Origin: an uncultured bacterium
Lineage (GTDB): Bacteria > Patescibacteriota > JACMRA01
Assembly (NCBI GenBank): GCA_963784355.1
Contig: CAWAQU010000012.1
Span: 96,001-160,000, forward strand
Length of the DNA: 64,000 nucleotides
Direction of reading: 5' to 3'
Both the position numbers and the translations under genes were made by a program. Below, in pieces: positions 29,822 through 38,883 of this stretch; within the stretch, counting starts at the first letter, position 1, and each line of letters opens with the position of its first letter. The notes beneath the pieces are model-generated. The model worked only from the letters and a program-made list of their open reading frames with translations. It was not told the origin of the DNA and searched no databases.

Positions 29822-30358
29822 CTAATTTAGTGGTTCATTTCCTACGAGACTTTTAGCCTTGTTCCTTGCTCTGTTCAATCGGACTTTTACATTCCCTTTG
29901 GTAATTTTCAGAATCTCGCTTATTTCTTCAATGCTCAGTTCCTGCAGGTAAAAAAGTATTAATATTTGCCTATCTTTCTCCTGTAGTTGATTCAAAACAG
30001 CTTCCAAATCATGTTTGTCGGGCTTATCAAAATCGAAATTTATTGGCTGATCGTACTCTTTGATTTCAATAGTGTAATGTTTTGATTTATGCTTGATAAT
30101 ATTTACGGCTTCGTTGTGGGCAATACGGTAAAGCCAGCTAAAAAATCTTAGGTCTTGCTTGAATGTGGCTAAATTTGCATAGGCTTTTAGAAAAGTCTCA
30201 TTTAAAGCATCTTTTGCATCTTCGTTGTGAAAGTTTAAAAACCTTATAAGGTAACTGAAAATCTGTTTTTGGTATCTTTCAACCAACATTTCAAAATAAT
30301 CAGATTGACCTTCCAAAACAAGGTTGATTAATTCTTTGTCAGTATGATTATGCTGCAC
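29822..30358 (-). CDS. ECF-type RNA polymerase sigma factor
   Basis: Region 2 (DAKDALNETF, FFSWLYRIAHN) and region 4 (SIEEISEIL, VKVRLNRAR). GTG start. Confidence 0.9.
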   Translation of the reverse strand: MQHNHTDKELINLVLEGQSDYFEMLVERYQKQIFSYLIRFLNFHNEDAKDALNETFLKAYANLATFKQDLRFFSWLYRIAHNEAVNIIKHKSKHYTIEIKEYDQPINFDFDKPDKHDLEAVLNQLQEKDRQILILFYLQELSIEEISEILKITKGNVKVRLNRARNKAKSLVGNEPLN

Positions 30359-30431
30359 AGTTAAAAATTAGAGTAAGTTTTTTTAGTTATGTGAAAAATA
30401 TTAAAGAACTTAGATTTAGTAAAATGGATTA

Positions 30432-30695
30432 TTAATCATAATGCCCCTTGCAAGATAAAATTAGAACCTCACCTTTGTCTACTCTATAAATTAATCTATT
30501 CTTTTTATCAATCCTTCTTGACCAGTATCCAGATAAATTAAGTTTTAAAGGTTCAGGTTTGCCTATGCCTGCAAAAGGATCATCTTGTATTGATTGGGCT
30601 AGACGTACTATTTTTACTGCTAATTTCAGATTGCTATCTTTAAGATAAACCAGATCTTTTTTAGCCCTGTCAGTCCAAATTAATACCCAGCTCAT
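30432..30695 (-). CDS. yoeB: Txe/YoeB family toxin
   Basis: GIGKPEPLK, WSRRI, CKGHY. Confidence 0.93.
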   Translation of the reverse strand: MSWVLIWTDRAKKDLVYLKDSNLKLAVKIVRLAQSIQDDPFAGIGKPEPLKLNLSGYWSRRIDKKNRLIYRVDKGEVLILSCKGHYD

Positions 30696-30945
30696 CTGCC
30701 AAACCTTTTACATTATTATATTTTGTATACTCTCCCTTTTCATGTTGCTTAAGTGAGACATCTATATCCTCCATAATTTTAGAATTACTTAAAACATATA
30801 GAGTTTCCTGTAAACTTTCCCACTCATCTTTTGATACAAGCAATACATCGTTTCCTTCTACTAAAATAGGCTCAGAGTCGTCGTTGACTTTCTTTAGATA
30901 CGACTTAAGATTGTTTCTCAAAGTAGTATAGTTTACCGTAGTCAT
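30670..30945 (-). CDS. yefM: Phd/YefM family antitoxin
   Basis: NYTTLRNNLKSYL, SKDEWESLQETLY; overlaps yoeB. Confidence 0.92.
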   Translation of the reverse strand: MTTVNYTTLRNNLKSYLKKVNDDSEPILVEGNDVLLVSKDEWESLQETLYVLSNSKIMEDIDVSLKQHEKGEYTKYNNVKGLADELGINLD

Positions 30946-30980
30946 GTACAGATTATTGTACGTATTTTTAATATTGTCAA
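30945..30980 (-). promoter_or_regulatory. yefM-yoeB promoter/operator
   Basis: TTGACA-17-AATAAT-6nt-ATG on the minus strand; TGTACA (30945-30950) and TGTACG (30957-30962) lie 12 bp apart. Confidence 0.7.
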
Positions 30981-31000
30981 TATTGGGCGGAGTATTATAA

Positions 31001-31474
31001 TTATCTTGCAATTTCCTTAATATTCGCTGTTACTAGTTTCTCGTATTCACTGTTACTTAAAAAAACTGATTTGGTTAGTTCACCTGCGTTAAAACAAAGC
31101 TCCGGTTCGATTAAAGCTTTTGGATCGACAATAATTCTTAAACTAAATATTTCACCAATTGGCGGTAAAGTGCCAAATTTGCAACTGGTAAGTTGAATCA
31201 TTTCCTGTTCTGAGCCAAATTCTACTTTATCAGCTACTAAAGCGGTTTTTACTTTTTTAAGATCCAATTTTAGATGGGCTGGTACCACACATATGATAAA
31301 TTCTATTTGATCATTTTTACAGCTTTTCACAAATAGCGCTTTCAATCCTTGTTCGGGTTTGGTTTTTACGATGCGGTTATGCTCTGTTGTCGAGCCGGCC
31401 GGTAAGTGATCTACAACTCTGTATTTAACATTGTTTTGATCCAAAAAGGCTGTGATTTTTCGATATGTTGTCAT
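31001..31474 (-). CDS. YbaK/ProX aminoacyl-tRNA editing domain protein
   Basis: GLKALF, GTLPPIG, FNAG. Confidence 0.88.
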   Translation of the reverse strand: MTTYRKITAFLDQNNVKYRVVDHLPAGSTTEHNRIVKTKPEQGLKALFVKSCKNDQIEFIICVVPAHLKLDLKKVKTALVADKVEFGSEQEMIQLTSCKFGTLPPIGEIFSLRIIVDPKALIEPELCFNAGELTKSVFLSNSEYEKLVTANIKEIAR

Positions 31475-31590
31475 ATATTCAGCTAATTACATACTAATGA
31501 CTTATTGTCTATATATTCCTGACACTATTTTTAACACTTGACAATTCGGCCTTTATTTTCAATATAATTCTATCGTAATATTTCGACGAT

Positions 31591-32337
31591 ATGCTAGAAA
31601 ATTTGTTATTTGAACTTGGCCTTGATGAAAAAGAAGTGATTATCTTTTTAAAAATAAATGAGCTTGGCAGCACTAAAGCTTCTGACATTGCCAGAGAAGT
31701 AGAATTGCCCAAAACTACTGTAATTGAAAAGCTTTATAGCCTGGAAAATAGAGGGCTTGTGAGTAAAACTAAGGACAAAAACTCCTTCACTTTCCGCCCT
31801 GAGGACCCGGAAATACTGCTGCTGGAGCTTGTGAGAAAGGAAAAAGCTATTGAACAATTGAAAAAAGGTGTAAATCAGGCAGTACTGGAGTTGAAATCCA
31901 AACGTAAACAAGTAAAATTGCCTAAAGTGAAGTATTTTGAAGGTAAGGAAGGGTTGAAACAGCTTTACGAAGATACTTTAAACAGTGAAACGGAAATTGT
32001 AGCTTATGGTAATTTTGAAGCAGAGATTGACTATCTTGGTGACTATATTTGGGATTATTGGGAAAAGCGAAGTAAATTGGGAATTGAACTGATAGGACTG
32101 ATACCAGATAACCGCACCAATAGACAAATGGCAGTAGAGACAAATCGCAGGCACTTAAGAACTACGTTTGCTTATGATTCTAAATATGCCACTCCGCTGG
32201 AAATTGACGTATATGATGATAAAGTGATTTTCGTATCTTTTAAAGAAGCTTTTGGAGTGATGGTGGAAAGTGAAGTAATAGCTGGCGCGATGAGAAATTT
32301 ACTTGCTCTAGCCCGAAAATCTTCAGAAAAAGTTTAA
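31591..32337 (+). CDS. TrmB-family transcriptional regulator
   Basis: GLDEKE...ASDIAREVELPKTTV wHTH, VKYFEGKEG, IDVYDDKV. Confidence 0.88.
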   Translation: MLENLLFELGLDEKEVIIFLKINELGSTKASDIAREVELPKTTVIEKLYSLENRGLVSKTKDKNSFTFRPEDPEILLLELVRKEKAIEQLKKGVNQAVLELKSKRKQVKLPKVKYFEGKEGLKQLYEDTLNSETEIVAYGNFEAEIDYLGDYIWDYWEKRSKLGIELIGLIPDNRTNRQMAVETNRRHLRTTFAYDSKYATPLEIDVYDDKVIFVSFKEAFGVMVESEVIAGAMRNLLALARKSSEKV

Positions 32338-32460
32338 CAATCTAGATTCAAATTTTTAGGTGAGAGCATAGTTGTTACAATTTTGTAACAGCAAAATTTG
32401 CTAATATTTACATTATATGGTATTATTTATTGTGTAAAAAACATAAATACCAACATAACT

Positions 32461-33423
32461 ATGAAAGAATATAAACATAGAAATGCTATTGATTTAGAAA
32501 AAGAAAGAAGAAAGTGGATTAGCAGTCAACCAATAGATCCTATTAATGAATCACAACCAAAAAATCATGATAAATTACCAAGATTAGAAGCGATTAAACG
32601 ACTAGAAAGTATATTTTTAAGTGAGCAAAATCCGCAAAATGTTATAGCTGTATCCAAAATATTAAGTGAACCAGTAGGGCAGGTTACGGATAAAGAAAAA
32701 GCTGTAGCTTTAATTAGGATTATTAATAAAGGTTATAAACTGATAGCTTATGATAAAAGTAAGAAGCAAAGAGCTATCGTTAACAGAAATTTGGATGAAA
32801 TTGTAAATTTTATTTCTGATCCTAATTATTGGATTGTTTTAGAAAATAGTGAAAGCCAAAGCCAACCTGAAAATCCGACTATTAACATTGAAACAACATT
32901 AAAAGAAGACAGAAAGATTAGCTGGCAAGTAAAAGTGTTAATCCAAAAAGCTTTTTATATGCCAAGTGAGGAGGGGGATAGAAACTTTGTTGTGGTTGAA
33001 TTGGAAGGTGAAACTCAAGAAGGTGAAAAAATTAAATTTACTCAGCCATTTTATCAATCTACAGGTAAAAATTCAGGTTATGCGGGAAAATGGTTCCCTT
33101 GTCGTGGTACTTTTCCAAAAGGTTTGGAGGAGCATATTGTAAAATTGGAAAATAGTAGAGTACCTAAATCTATACCTGTAATAAAGAATGGAGTAGTAGC
33201 CACTACAGCTAAAAATCCCTTTACAAGATTAGGGAGCCCGGAAAAAGTATCTGAATATGGTCAAATATATGCTAAAGTATCTAATGAGCTTGGTAAATTA
33301 AGTATCAAACCAAAAAAGGAAGTAACATATGAAGAAGTAAATCAGGAATTAAAAAATATTTCTCCTGAAGTAGATATTCAATTTCAGCCCGGTACTGATT
33401 TTACTCACTTTTTCACTTCATAG
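32461..33423 (+). CDS. Hypothetical protein with toxin-like C-terminal motif
   Basis: Open frame containing FYQSTGKNSGYAGKWFP. Confidence 0.6.
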   Translation: MKEYKHRNAIDLEKERRKWISSQPIDPINESQPKNHDKLPRLEAIKRLESIFLSEQNPQNVIAVSKILSEPVGQVTDKEKAVALIRIINKGYKLIAYDKSKKQRAIVNRNLDEIVNFISDPNYWIVLENSESQSQPENPTINIETTLKEDRKISWQVKVLIQKAFYMPSEEGDRNFVVVELEGETQEGEKIKFTQPFYQSTGKNSGYAGKWFPCRGTFPKGLEEHIVKLENSRVPKSIPVIKNGVVATTAKNPFTRLGSPEKVSEYGQIYAKVSNELGKLSIKPKKEVTYEEVNQELKNISPEVDIQFQPGTDFTHFFTS

Positions 33424-33519
33424 ATTTCGGGGTACGAAATTGTTTAAAATTTGGAGTTTTGGCCCGAGAAATTTATGCTATTTCTTGACAATCTGAGCTT
33501 ATAGACCTATACCTACTGT

Positions 33520-34110
33520 ATGTTTACCGGAATTGTGCAGGAAAAAGGTACTATATTATCAATAGAGCAGACTGATTGGTTTATTTTCAAAATTCAATCC
33601 ACAATTATTTTGCCTGATCTGAAAATAGGTAGTAGTGTAACTGTGGATGGGGCTTGTCTTACAGTTCTAGAGCTTTTTTCTGACAGTTTTTCAGTACAAT
33701 TAATGCCTGAGACTAGAAATAAAACAGGGTTTTTAACCAAGCAAGTGGGTAGTATTGTAAATCTGGAACCTGCATTGAAATTAAACGGAGTTCTGGACGG
33801 ACATTTAGTGCAGGGTCACATTGACGGGGTAGGTATTGTAAAACAGTTTGAAAAGGATGGGGACTGGGCGGTCCTAACTATCACTCCAGCTGATTCAAAA
33901 TTGATGAGATATATTGCTCAAAAAGGTTCAATTACTTTAAATGGGGTGAGTCTAACTGTATCCGAGCGTAACGATGCTGATTTTGGTGTGTCACTTATAA
34001 AACATACATTGGAAAATACTAATCTTAGTATCCTAAAACCTGAAGATTTGGTGAATATCGAAGTTGATCTATTAGCCAGATATATTGAAAACCTGCTTAA
34101 ACCTAATTAA
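33520..34110 (+). CDS. ribE: Riboflavin synthase
   Basis: MFTGIV N-terminus, DGACLTV, GHLVQGHID, NGVSLTV. Confidence 0.96.
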   Translation: MFTGIVQEKGTILSIEQTDWFIFKIQSTIILPDLKIGSSVTVDGACLTVLELFSDSFSVQLMPETRNKTGFLTKQVGSIVNLEPALKLNGVLDGHLVQGHIDGVGIVKQFEKDGDWAVLTITPADSKLMRYIAQKGSITLNGVSLTVSERNDADFGVSLIKHTLENTNLSILKPEDLVNIEVDLLARYIENLLKPN

Positions 34111-34130
34111 AATTAAAAAATATTATTTAT

Positions 34131-34583
34131 ATGCAACATGCTGATGTAAAAAAATTTGATACTTTTGATGCTTCTAAACTAAGGGTTGGAGTAGTCAGAG
34201 CTTGTTTTAATAATGAAATTACAACTGAATTAACAGAAAGACTCTTGAAAAAAGCTACTGAATATTCAATTAACAAAGACAACATTACAGTAAAAGAAGT
34301 ACCGGGTAGTGTAGAATTACCGGTGGTTTTACAAAACATGGCTAAATCAAATAAATATGATGTTTTAGTAGCTGTGGGTTGCGTGATACGGGGTGAAACT
34401 CCACACTTTGAGTATGTGTGTAAAATAGCTTCTGAAGGAATATTGAGAGTCATGCTAGATTTTGAAATCCCAATCGGTTTTGGCATAATTACCGTAAATA
34501 CCGTTGAGCAGGCTTTGGTCAGATTGGATGCGGGAGAACATGCACTGGTAGCAGCTTTGCAGTCGTATAAAGCTATGTATTAA
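34131..34583 (+). CDS. ribH: 6,7-dimethyl-8-ribityllumazine synthase
   Basis: VPGSVELP, GCVIRGETPHFEYV, PIGFGIIT. Confidence 0.96.
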   Translation: MQHADVKKFDTFDASKLRVGVVRACFNNEITTELTERLLKKATEYSINKDNITVKEVPGSVELPVVLQNMAKSNKYDVLVAVGCVIRGETPHFEYVCKIASEGILRVMLDFEIPIGFGIITVNTVEQALVRLDAGEHALVAALQSYKAMY

Positions 34584-34615
34584 AATAAGTAAAATACAGC
34601 TTTATTTAACTAAAC

Positions 34616-35815
34616 CTACTCTTTTAACTTGGCCGCTATCAATAACCTAAGAATTGGTTCCATTTCCAAGTGCTTAGCAGTTTCTAATAACCATAAAAGA
34701 GTTTTATATTCCACACCAATTATTTTAGAAATCCGAGGTAATGTTAGGGAATTAAAGCTTGTTAAGGTTTCTTTGAAATTAGGCTCGTTTGCAGTCTCTT
34801 GGAACTGAGTACGTAATCTAGTGTTAATCTTAGAAAGGATAGGAGTATCCAATATTGGCTCAATTATTAGTCTAGATCCAAAAGTCCGTAGCCTTTCAGC
34901 ATAGGCCAAGGCAAGTATAAGATTTTTATCTAATTTCAGCAGGTCAGTTAATTTTTTTAACTCCTCTTCATTAACTTCAATGACCAAATCATTATTTACA
35001 TAGCTAAAGTTTAACTTTTCTTCTTTTATTAAACCTTGTATATTAGCGATTACTTTCAAGATTTTTGCTTTATTCTCAGCTAAATCTAAGTTCCCCGTAA
35101 TTTGCAATAATTTACTTATAATTTGAATTAAATCTGGTACAACAATTTGGTAAAATCCATTTTCTTTATTAAAATGATGTGACTCTACTAATTTAATAGG
35201 CTCTCCGTTATATGGCTTAACCTTTTTAAAATCTTTTTTATAGATATTTTTTGATAGTAGTAAGCCTTTCAATACGCCTAGTACTTCCGGATTTTTGACT
35301 AAACCAAATAAAGTTCTATCTTGTAAGCTAAGCTTTATCTCAGAACCTAGTATTTGGAAGTTATTACTTTTCTCAATAGCAAATTTGATTATTTCTAAAA
35401 TCTTATCTTGGTCTAAGTCTTTATAAATATGAGTGACTAAAAACTCTATAAAATTTGAAAGTTTAGGTGTTTCAATAGTAAAGTTTATTTTATTACTCCA
35501 AAAGTTTACTCCTTCAGAATATATATCCATTGGGTAAGTGCCATCATCTAGAATTTTCATAAAGGCATTAATGATCCAATCTACTCTTTTCAGTTCGGAC
35601 TCGCTATTTACCTCAATTGTTTTAGTTGAGTCGTCTACTTCCGGTATGTTGTTTTGTATAAATTTTAGAATTGTGGCAATTACTACAGCAACAGTTTTAG
35701 AGGTATCAAAATAGTCAGTTTCAACATTTTTAGTCTTTTGTCTCTCGCTCCCTGCAAAATCTGCATCCATACTCAGTAAATGCTTAAGCCTAGCATAGAA
35801 TAAAGCTCTAGTCAA
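34616..35815 (-). CDS. Hypothetical protein (ORFan)
   Basis: 399-aa open frame; start uncertain (TTG 35815 or ATG 35770). Confidence 0.6.
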   Translation of the reverse strand: MTRALFYARLKHLLSMDADFAGSERQKTKNVETDYFDTSKTVAVVIATILKFIQNNIPEVDDSTKTIEVNSESELKRVDWIINAFMKILDDGTYPMDIYSEGVNFWSNKINFTIETPKLSNFIEFLVTHIYKDLDQDKILEIIKFAIEKSNNFQILGSEIKLSLQDRTLFGLVKNPEVLGVLKGLLLSKNIYKKDFKKVKPYNGEPIKLVESHHFNKENGFYQIVVPDLIQIISKLLQITGNLDLAENKAKILKVIANIQGLIKEEKLNFSYVNNDLVIEVNEEELKKLTDLLKLDKNLILALAYAERLRTFGSRLIIEPILDTPILSKINTRLRTQFQETANEPNFKETLTSFNSLTLPRISKIIGVEYKTLLWLLETAKHLEMEPILRLLIAAKLKE

Positions 35816-35853
35816 TTGCCCTTTATTGTATAAAGATGCTTTAACAAGTTAGA

Positions 35854-36672
35854 CTACCGTTCAAATTGACCTTCAGAATATAAGTTTATAATTGCTTTTG
35901 CATCCTCAAGAGTATTAGGTCCTCTCTTATCGTCATTTTTTGTTCTAACTGCTTTATTAGCAAAATCTAATTCAACTGAAGTTTTAGGATATAAAGCGAC
36001 AATTTCTCTTGCAAATATTGTCATTTCTTCATTTGCAGCTTGAGGATTTCCTTCATAGTGAAATACTAGTTCACCTGATTTGCTTGGTTGAGTGATGTTA
36101 AATTTACTTTTGTTTGGTAAGTTTTGTTGCTGAATGAGCTCGGGTACATCTGCTTTTAATAATGTGGATAAAGCTGATTTATTAGGAATAGTATCTACAA
36201 TAACTCTACCATTAGCAAAATCCAAAGTAACTCCAGGAATTCCATAGGTAGACAACTCGATTGCTAATTCAGACATGCTAGTATCCTTAGAAGATAAATC
36301 TAATTGTTCCTTGCCGGTCTTTTTATTTTTGTACCATACATTAAACAGGAATTCTGCTTTATTTAACTCTTCTGGATATATAGGGAGAAATCCGGTAGAT
36401 GGTAAGTCAATACTTTCTGAAAATCCAGCTATATCAATTTCTTTTAATAATTGAGAAAATTTAATTTTAGGGTTAATGTCTGCTGTAATCATGCCCCTGT
36501 CGTCATCTTCAGTAATACTAGGTATGGCAAAAGCGGAAATCATCATGCCTAGTCTTCTTTGTGTTTGTGCCTTCACTTCAGGGCTTAATTTTTTATCATA
36601 ATGATATTCCAATTTGTTTGGATCTTTCAGAGGTTGTGCAACTGTAACTTTTGGTAAGTTTCTTTCGTTCAT
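35854..36672 (-). CDS. Hypothetical protein (ORFan)
   Basis: Open frame; TTGACC-17-TAAAAT-7nt-ATG supports start 36672. Confidence 0.65.
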   Translation of the reverse strand: MNERNLPKVTVAQPLKDPNKLEYHYDKKLSPEVKAQTQRRLGMMISAFAIPSITEDDDRGMITADINPKIKFSQLLKEIDIAGFSESIDLPSTGFLPIYPEELNKAEFLFNVWYKNKKTGKEQLDLSSKDTSMSELAIELSTYGIPGVTLDFANGRVIVDTIPNKSALSTLLKADVPELIQQQNLPNKSKFNITQPSKSGELVFHYEGNPQAANEEMTIFAREIVALYPKTSVELDFANKAVRTKNDDKRGPNTLEDAKAIINLYSEGQFER

Positions 36673-36726
36673 ATGATTAATTTTAGCATACATTTAGCCT
36701 ATGGTCAAAGTTTGTTTAAAAGCTTT

Positions 36727-37222
36727 TAAATATTGCAAACAACTATTTTCTGTGATATAATTAGATTAAATAAAAAAATATTATGGAATTTGAAAAAGGA
36801 ATTAATCATAGAGTTTCAGAGATTAAGACCCAAACAGAAATATACTCAGGATCAATTTCAAGATATTTAATAGATTGCTCTCTAGCTATCAGTATTGATC
36901 CACAGCTTGCGGATAATCAAAGAGCAAGAGCTCAAAGCTTATTAAAGCAACTTTCAGTTGTAGTAAAAGTTCAAACGCTCGATACTCAAGAATCGCTTGA
37001 AGAGTTTGGTAGTCTTTTAGCTGAATTAAATCAATTATCAATTCAGAATAGTAGTTTCACAGATAACCTGTTGAGTATTATATCTTATTTCAATAATCTA
37101 ATTGAACTTAAGGGGAAATAAATATTGTAATCTAGTCTTAATCAAAAAATCGGGTCAATGTCTGGTAATTACATGTGTATATGTTTCTAAATATTGCAAA
37201 CAATTATTTTCTATGATATCAT
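36727..37222 (+). repeat. 35-bp promoter block duplicated (36727-36761 and 37188-37222)
   Basis: TAAATATTGCAAACAAYTATTTTCTRTGATATMAT, 3 mismatches; contains TTGCAA-17-TATAAT/TATCAT. Confidence 0.85.
36783..37121 (+). CDS. Hypothetical protein (ORFan)
   Basis: Open frame behind a consensus promoter. Confidence 0.6.
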   Translation: MEFEKGINHRVSEIKTQTEIYSGSISRYLIDCSLAISIDPQLADNQRARAQSLLKQLSVVVKVQTLDTQESLEEFGSLLAELNQLSIQNSSFTDNLLSIISYFNNLIELKGK

Positions 37223-37242
37223 CAAGCTAATATCAAATTACT

Positions 37243-37608
37243 ATGGAATCAATACCGTCATCAAATCAACAAAATGAAGTAAAAAGTGAAATGAAAAAAT
37301 TTGTCATACCTAATGTTGATAGGGAAGATGAATCAGCTCTACTAACAATTTCACTATCTAATAAACCTCGTACAATTGAAGAACTTGCAGGTATTACTCA
37401 GATTCCGCTGGAAGCAATTCAAGGTCTAATTCAGAAATATAAAATACCTGCCATACCTAATACAGATAATCCAAGTAAACCTAAAATTAAACCAATTACT
37501 TTGATAACATCAATTCCTCAAGATGATCCTGAGAAGATTGCTAAGCGAAGCCTTGATTTATGGGAAAAAATAAAACAAGCAAATGCAAAAAAGAGTGATA
37601 ACCAGTAA
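37243..37608 (+). CDS. Hypothetical protein, possible HTH
   Basis: RTIEELAGITQIPLEAIQ resembles a helix-turn-helix. Confidence 0.55.
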   Translation: MESIPSSNQQNEVKSEMKKFVIPNVDREDESALLTISLSNKPRTIEELAGITQIPLEAIQGLIQKYKIPAIPNTDNPSKPKIKPITLITSIPQDDPEKIAKRSLDLWEKIKQANAKKSDNQ

Positions 37609-37620
37609 TAAAAAATTTAT

Positions 37621-38049
37621 ATGTTTAACCCAGAAAATCCCAACACAAAAAAAGAACAACCCCTATTAACTGTAGGCCAGATTTTCGAGTTGATCCAACC
37701 TGCCGAATTTGCAACAGAAGAAGAAAAAGCTAAATTTCTTGATAATGTAAAAGAAAACCAGATAGAGCTTACACAAATGTTTGTCGATGCATTATCATTA
37801 CTTCCTGCATACCAGAAAGATTTAGAAATACTTGAAAGTAATGTAAAAAAATTAGATCGTCCTACGGGAGAATCTCGGAAAATCCTTGAGAGATATGGTG
37901 CAAGTAGCGTGATTAGTTGTATTTCTATGTTGAAAAACCTAATTAATGATTTGAAAAAAGCATCTAAAAATTTGGATCAGATTTCTGATAAATGGCTAAA
38001 TATTCTAAAACCAAGGTTAAAAACAATTAACGTTGCTATAAGGTTCTAA
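37621..38049 (+). CDS. Hypothetical protein (ORFan)
   Basis: Open frame, apparently co-transcribed with the previous ORF. Confidence 0.6.
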   Translation: MFNPENPNTKKEQPLLTVGQIFELIQPAEFATEEEKAKFLDNVKENQIELTQMFVDALSLLPAYQKDLEILESNVKKLDRPTGESRKILERYGASSVISCISMLKNLINDLKKASKNLDQISDKWLNILKPRLKTINVAIRF

Positions 38050-38105
38050 ACACTAAAAAACCGGGTCAACGCCCGGTAAAATTTGTTTATATATCTAAAA
38101 TATTT

Positions 38106-38798
38106 TTAGAATCCACCCACACCTTTCATGCCTCTGTCCATACCTCCTCTGCCACCTTTCATTCCGGGCATACCCATACCACCTAGGCCCATTGGTCCTT
38201 CTTGTGGAAGTGAATTGTTGGCTTTATAATAGGTTACCAACTCATCAAATCTGGTTTTCAACTGTTCATCAGTAAGCTGTTTAGGAGCTCTGCCTTGATG
38301 ATTTTCATTGGCATCTGCCAGTTTGTTAGCTTCCATAAGCTGTTTTTGTTCTGCCATCGCAGATTTGTAAGCATCAAAGTTGTTGTTTTTTGCAGCCTCT
38401 AAAACTTTATTTTGAATCTCCTGACCTTTTTTGTAATTTGTTACTAGTTTATTAAACTCGTCCTGAGAATTTACTTTTTCAAGCATTCGCTCATCAGCTG
38501 CTTTTTTGAAGACTTCGTAGTCATTTGCTTCAATAGCCTTTTTAATAGCTTCTGACTGTGCTTGGCGTTCGGTAATTTTATTAAACTCATCCTGAGTCAT
38601 GTTGTTGGCTCGAGTTGTAGCGTTTTCGATAAGAGCTTTTTTAAAAGCATCAAAATCTTTGTTTGCAACTGCTTGTTGTACGTTTGCGTTAGATACTATA
38701 GGTGTGGCAGCGTAGGTGATAGCACCGCCTGCAGCGATTGTAAATAATACACCGACTCCGAGAAGTCCTAGCATTTGTTGTTTTTTGGTTGGGAACAT
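38106..38798 (-). CDS. Secreted helical-repeat protein with Gly/Met-rich tail
   Basis: Signal peptide (AxA), three A..NxD(F/Y)xxFK-like repeats, GMGMPGM tail. Confidence 0.75.
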   Translation of the reverse strand: MFPTKKQQMLGLLGVGVLFTIAAGGAITYAATPIVSNANVQQAVANKDFDAFKKALIENATTRANNMTQDEFNKITERQAQSEAIKKAIEANDYEVFKKAADERMLEKVNSQDEFNKLVTNYKKGQEIQNKVLEAAKNNNFDAYKSAMAEQKQLMEANKLADANENHQGRAPKQLTDEQLKTRFDELVTYYKANNSLPQEGPMGLGGMGMPGMKGGRGGMDRGMKGVGGF

Positions 38799-38851
38799 AT
38801 ATAAAAATGTGTGGTTTAAAAAAATACAAGTGAATTCAAGCTTGTAATATA

Positions 38852-38883
38852 ATTATACATTATCTAAATGACTTGATTATGAC
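38852..38883 (-). promoter_or_regulatory. GTCAT direct-repeat promoter (site 2)
   Basis: GTCATAATCAAGTCATTTAGATAATG-TATAAT on the minus strand, 11-bp period. Confidence 0.65.

Larger units (their letters stand above)
37144..38079. repeat. 25-bp terminator-like block duplicated (37144-37168 and 38055-38079)
   Basis: AAAAAAYCGGGTCAAYGYCYGGTAA; the copies differ by four C/T transitions. Confidence 0.8.

Noticed and set aside
33423-33519. FMN riboswitch upstream of ribE
   Set aside because: No recognisable conserved RFN sequence, and the promoter geometry leaves no leader.
35815-35856. Read-through or frameshift joining the two minus-strand ORFans
   Set aside because: The frames differ and both contain nearby stops; no slippery site is evident.
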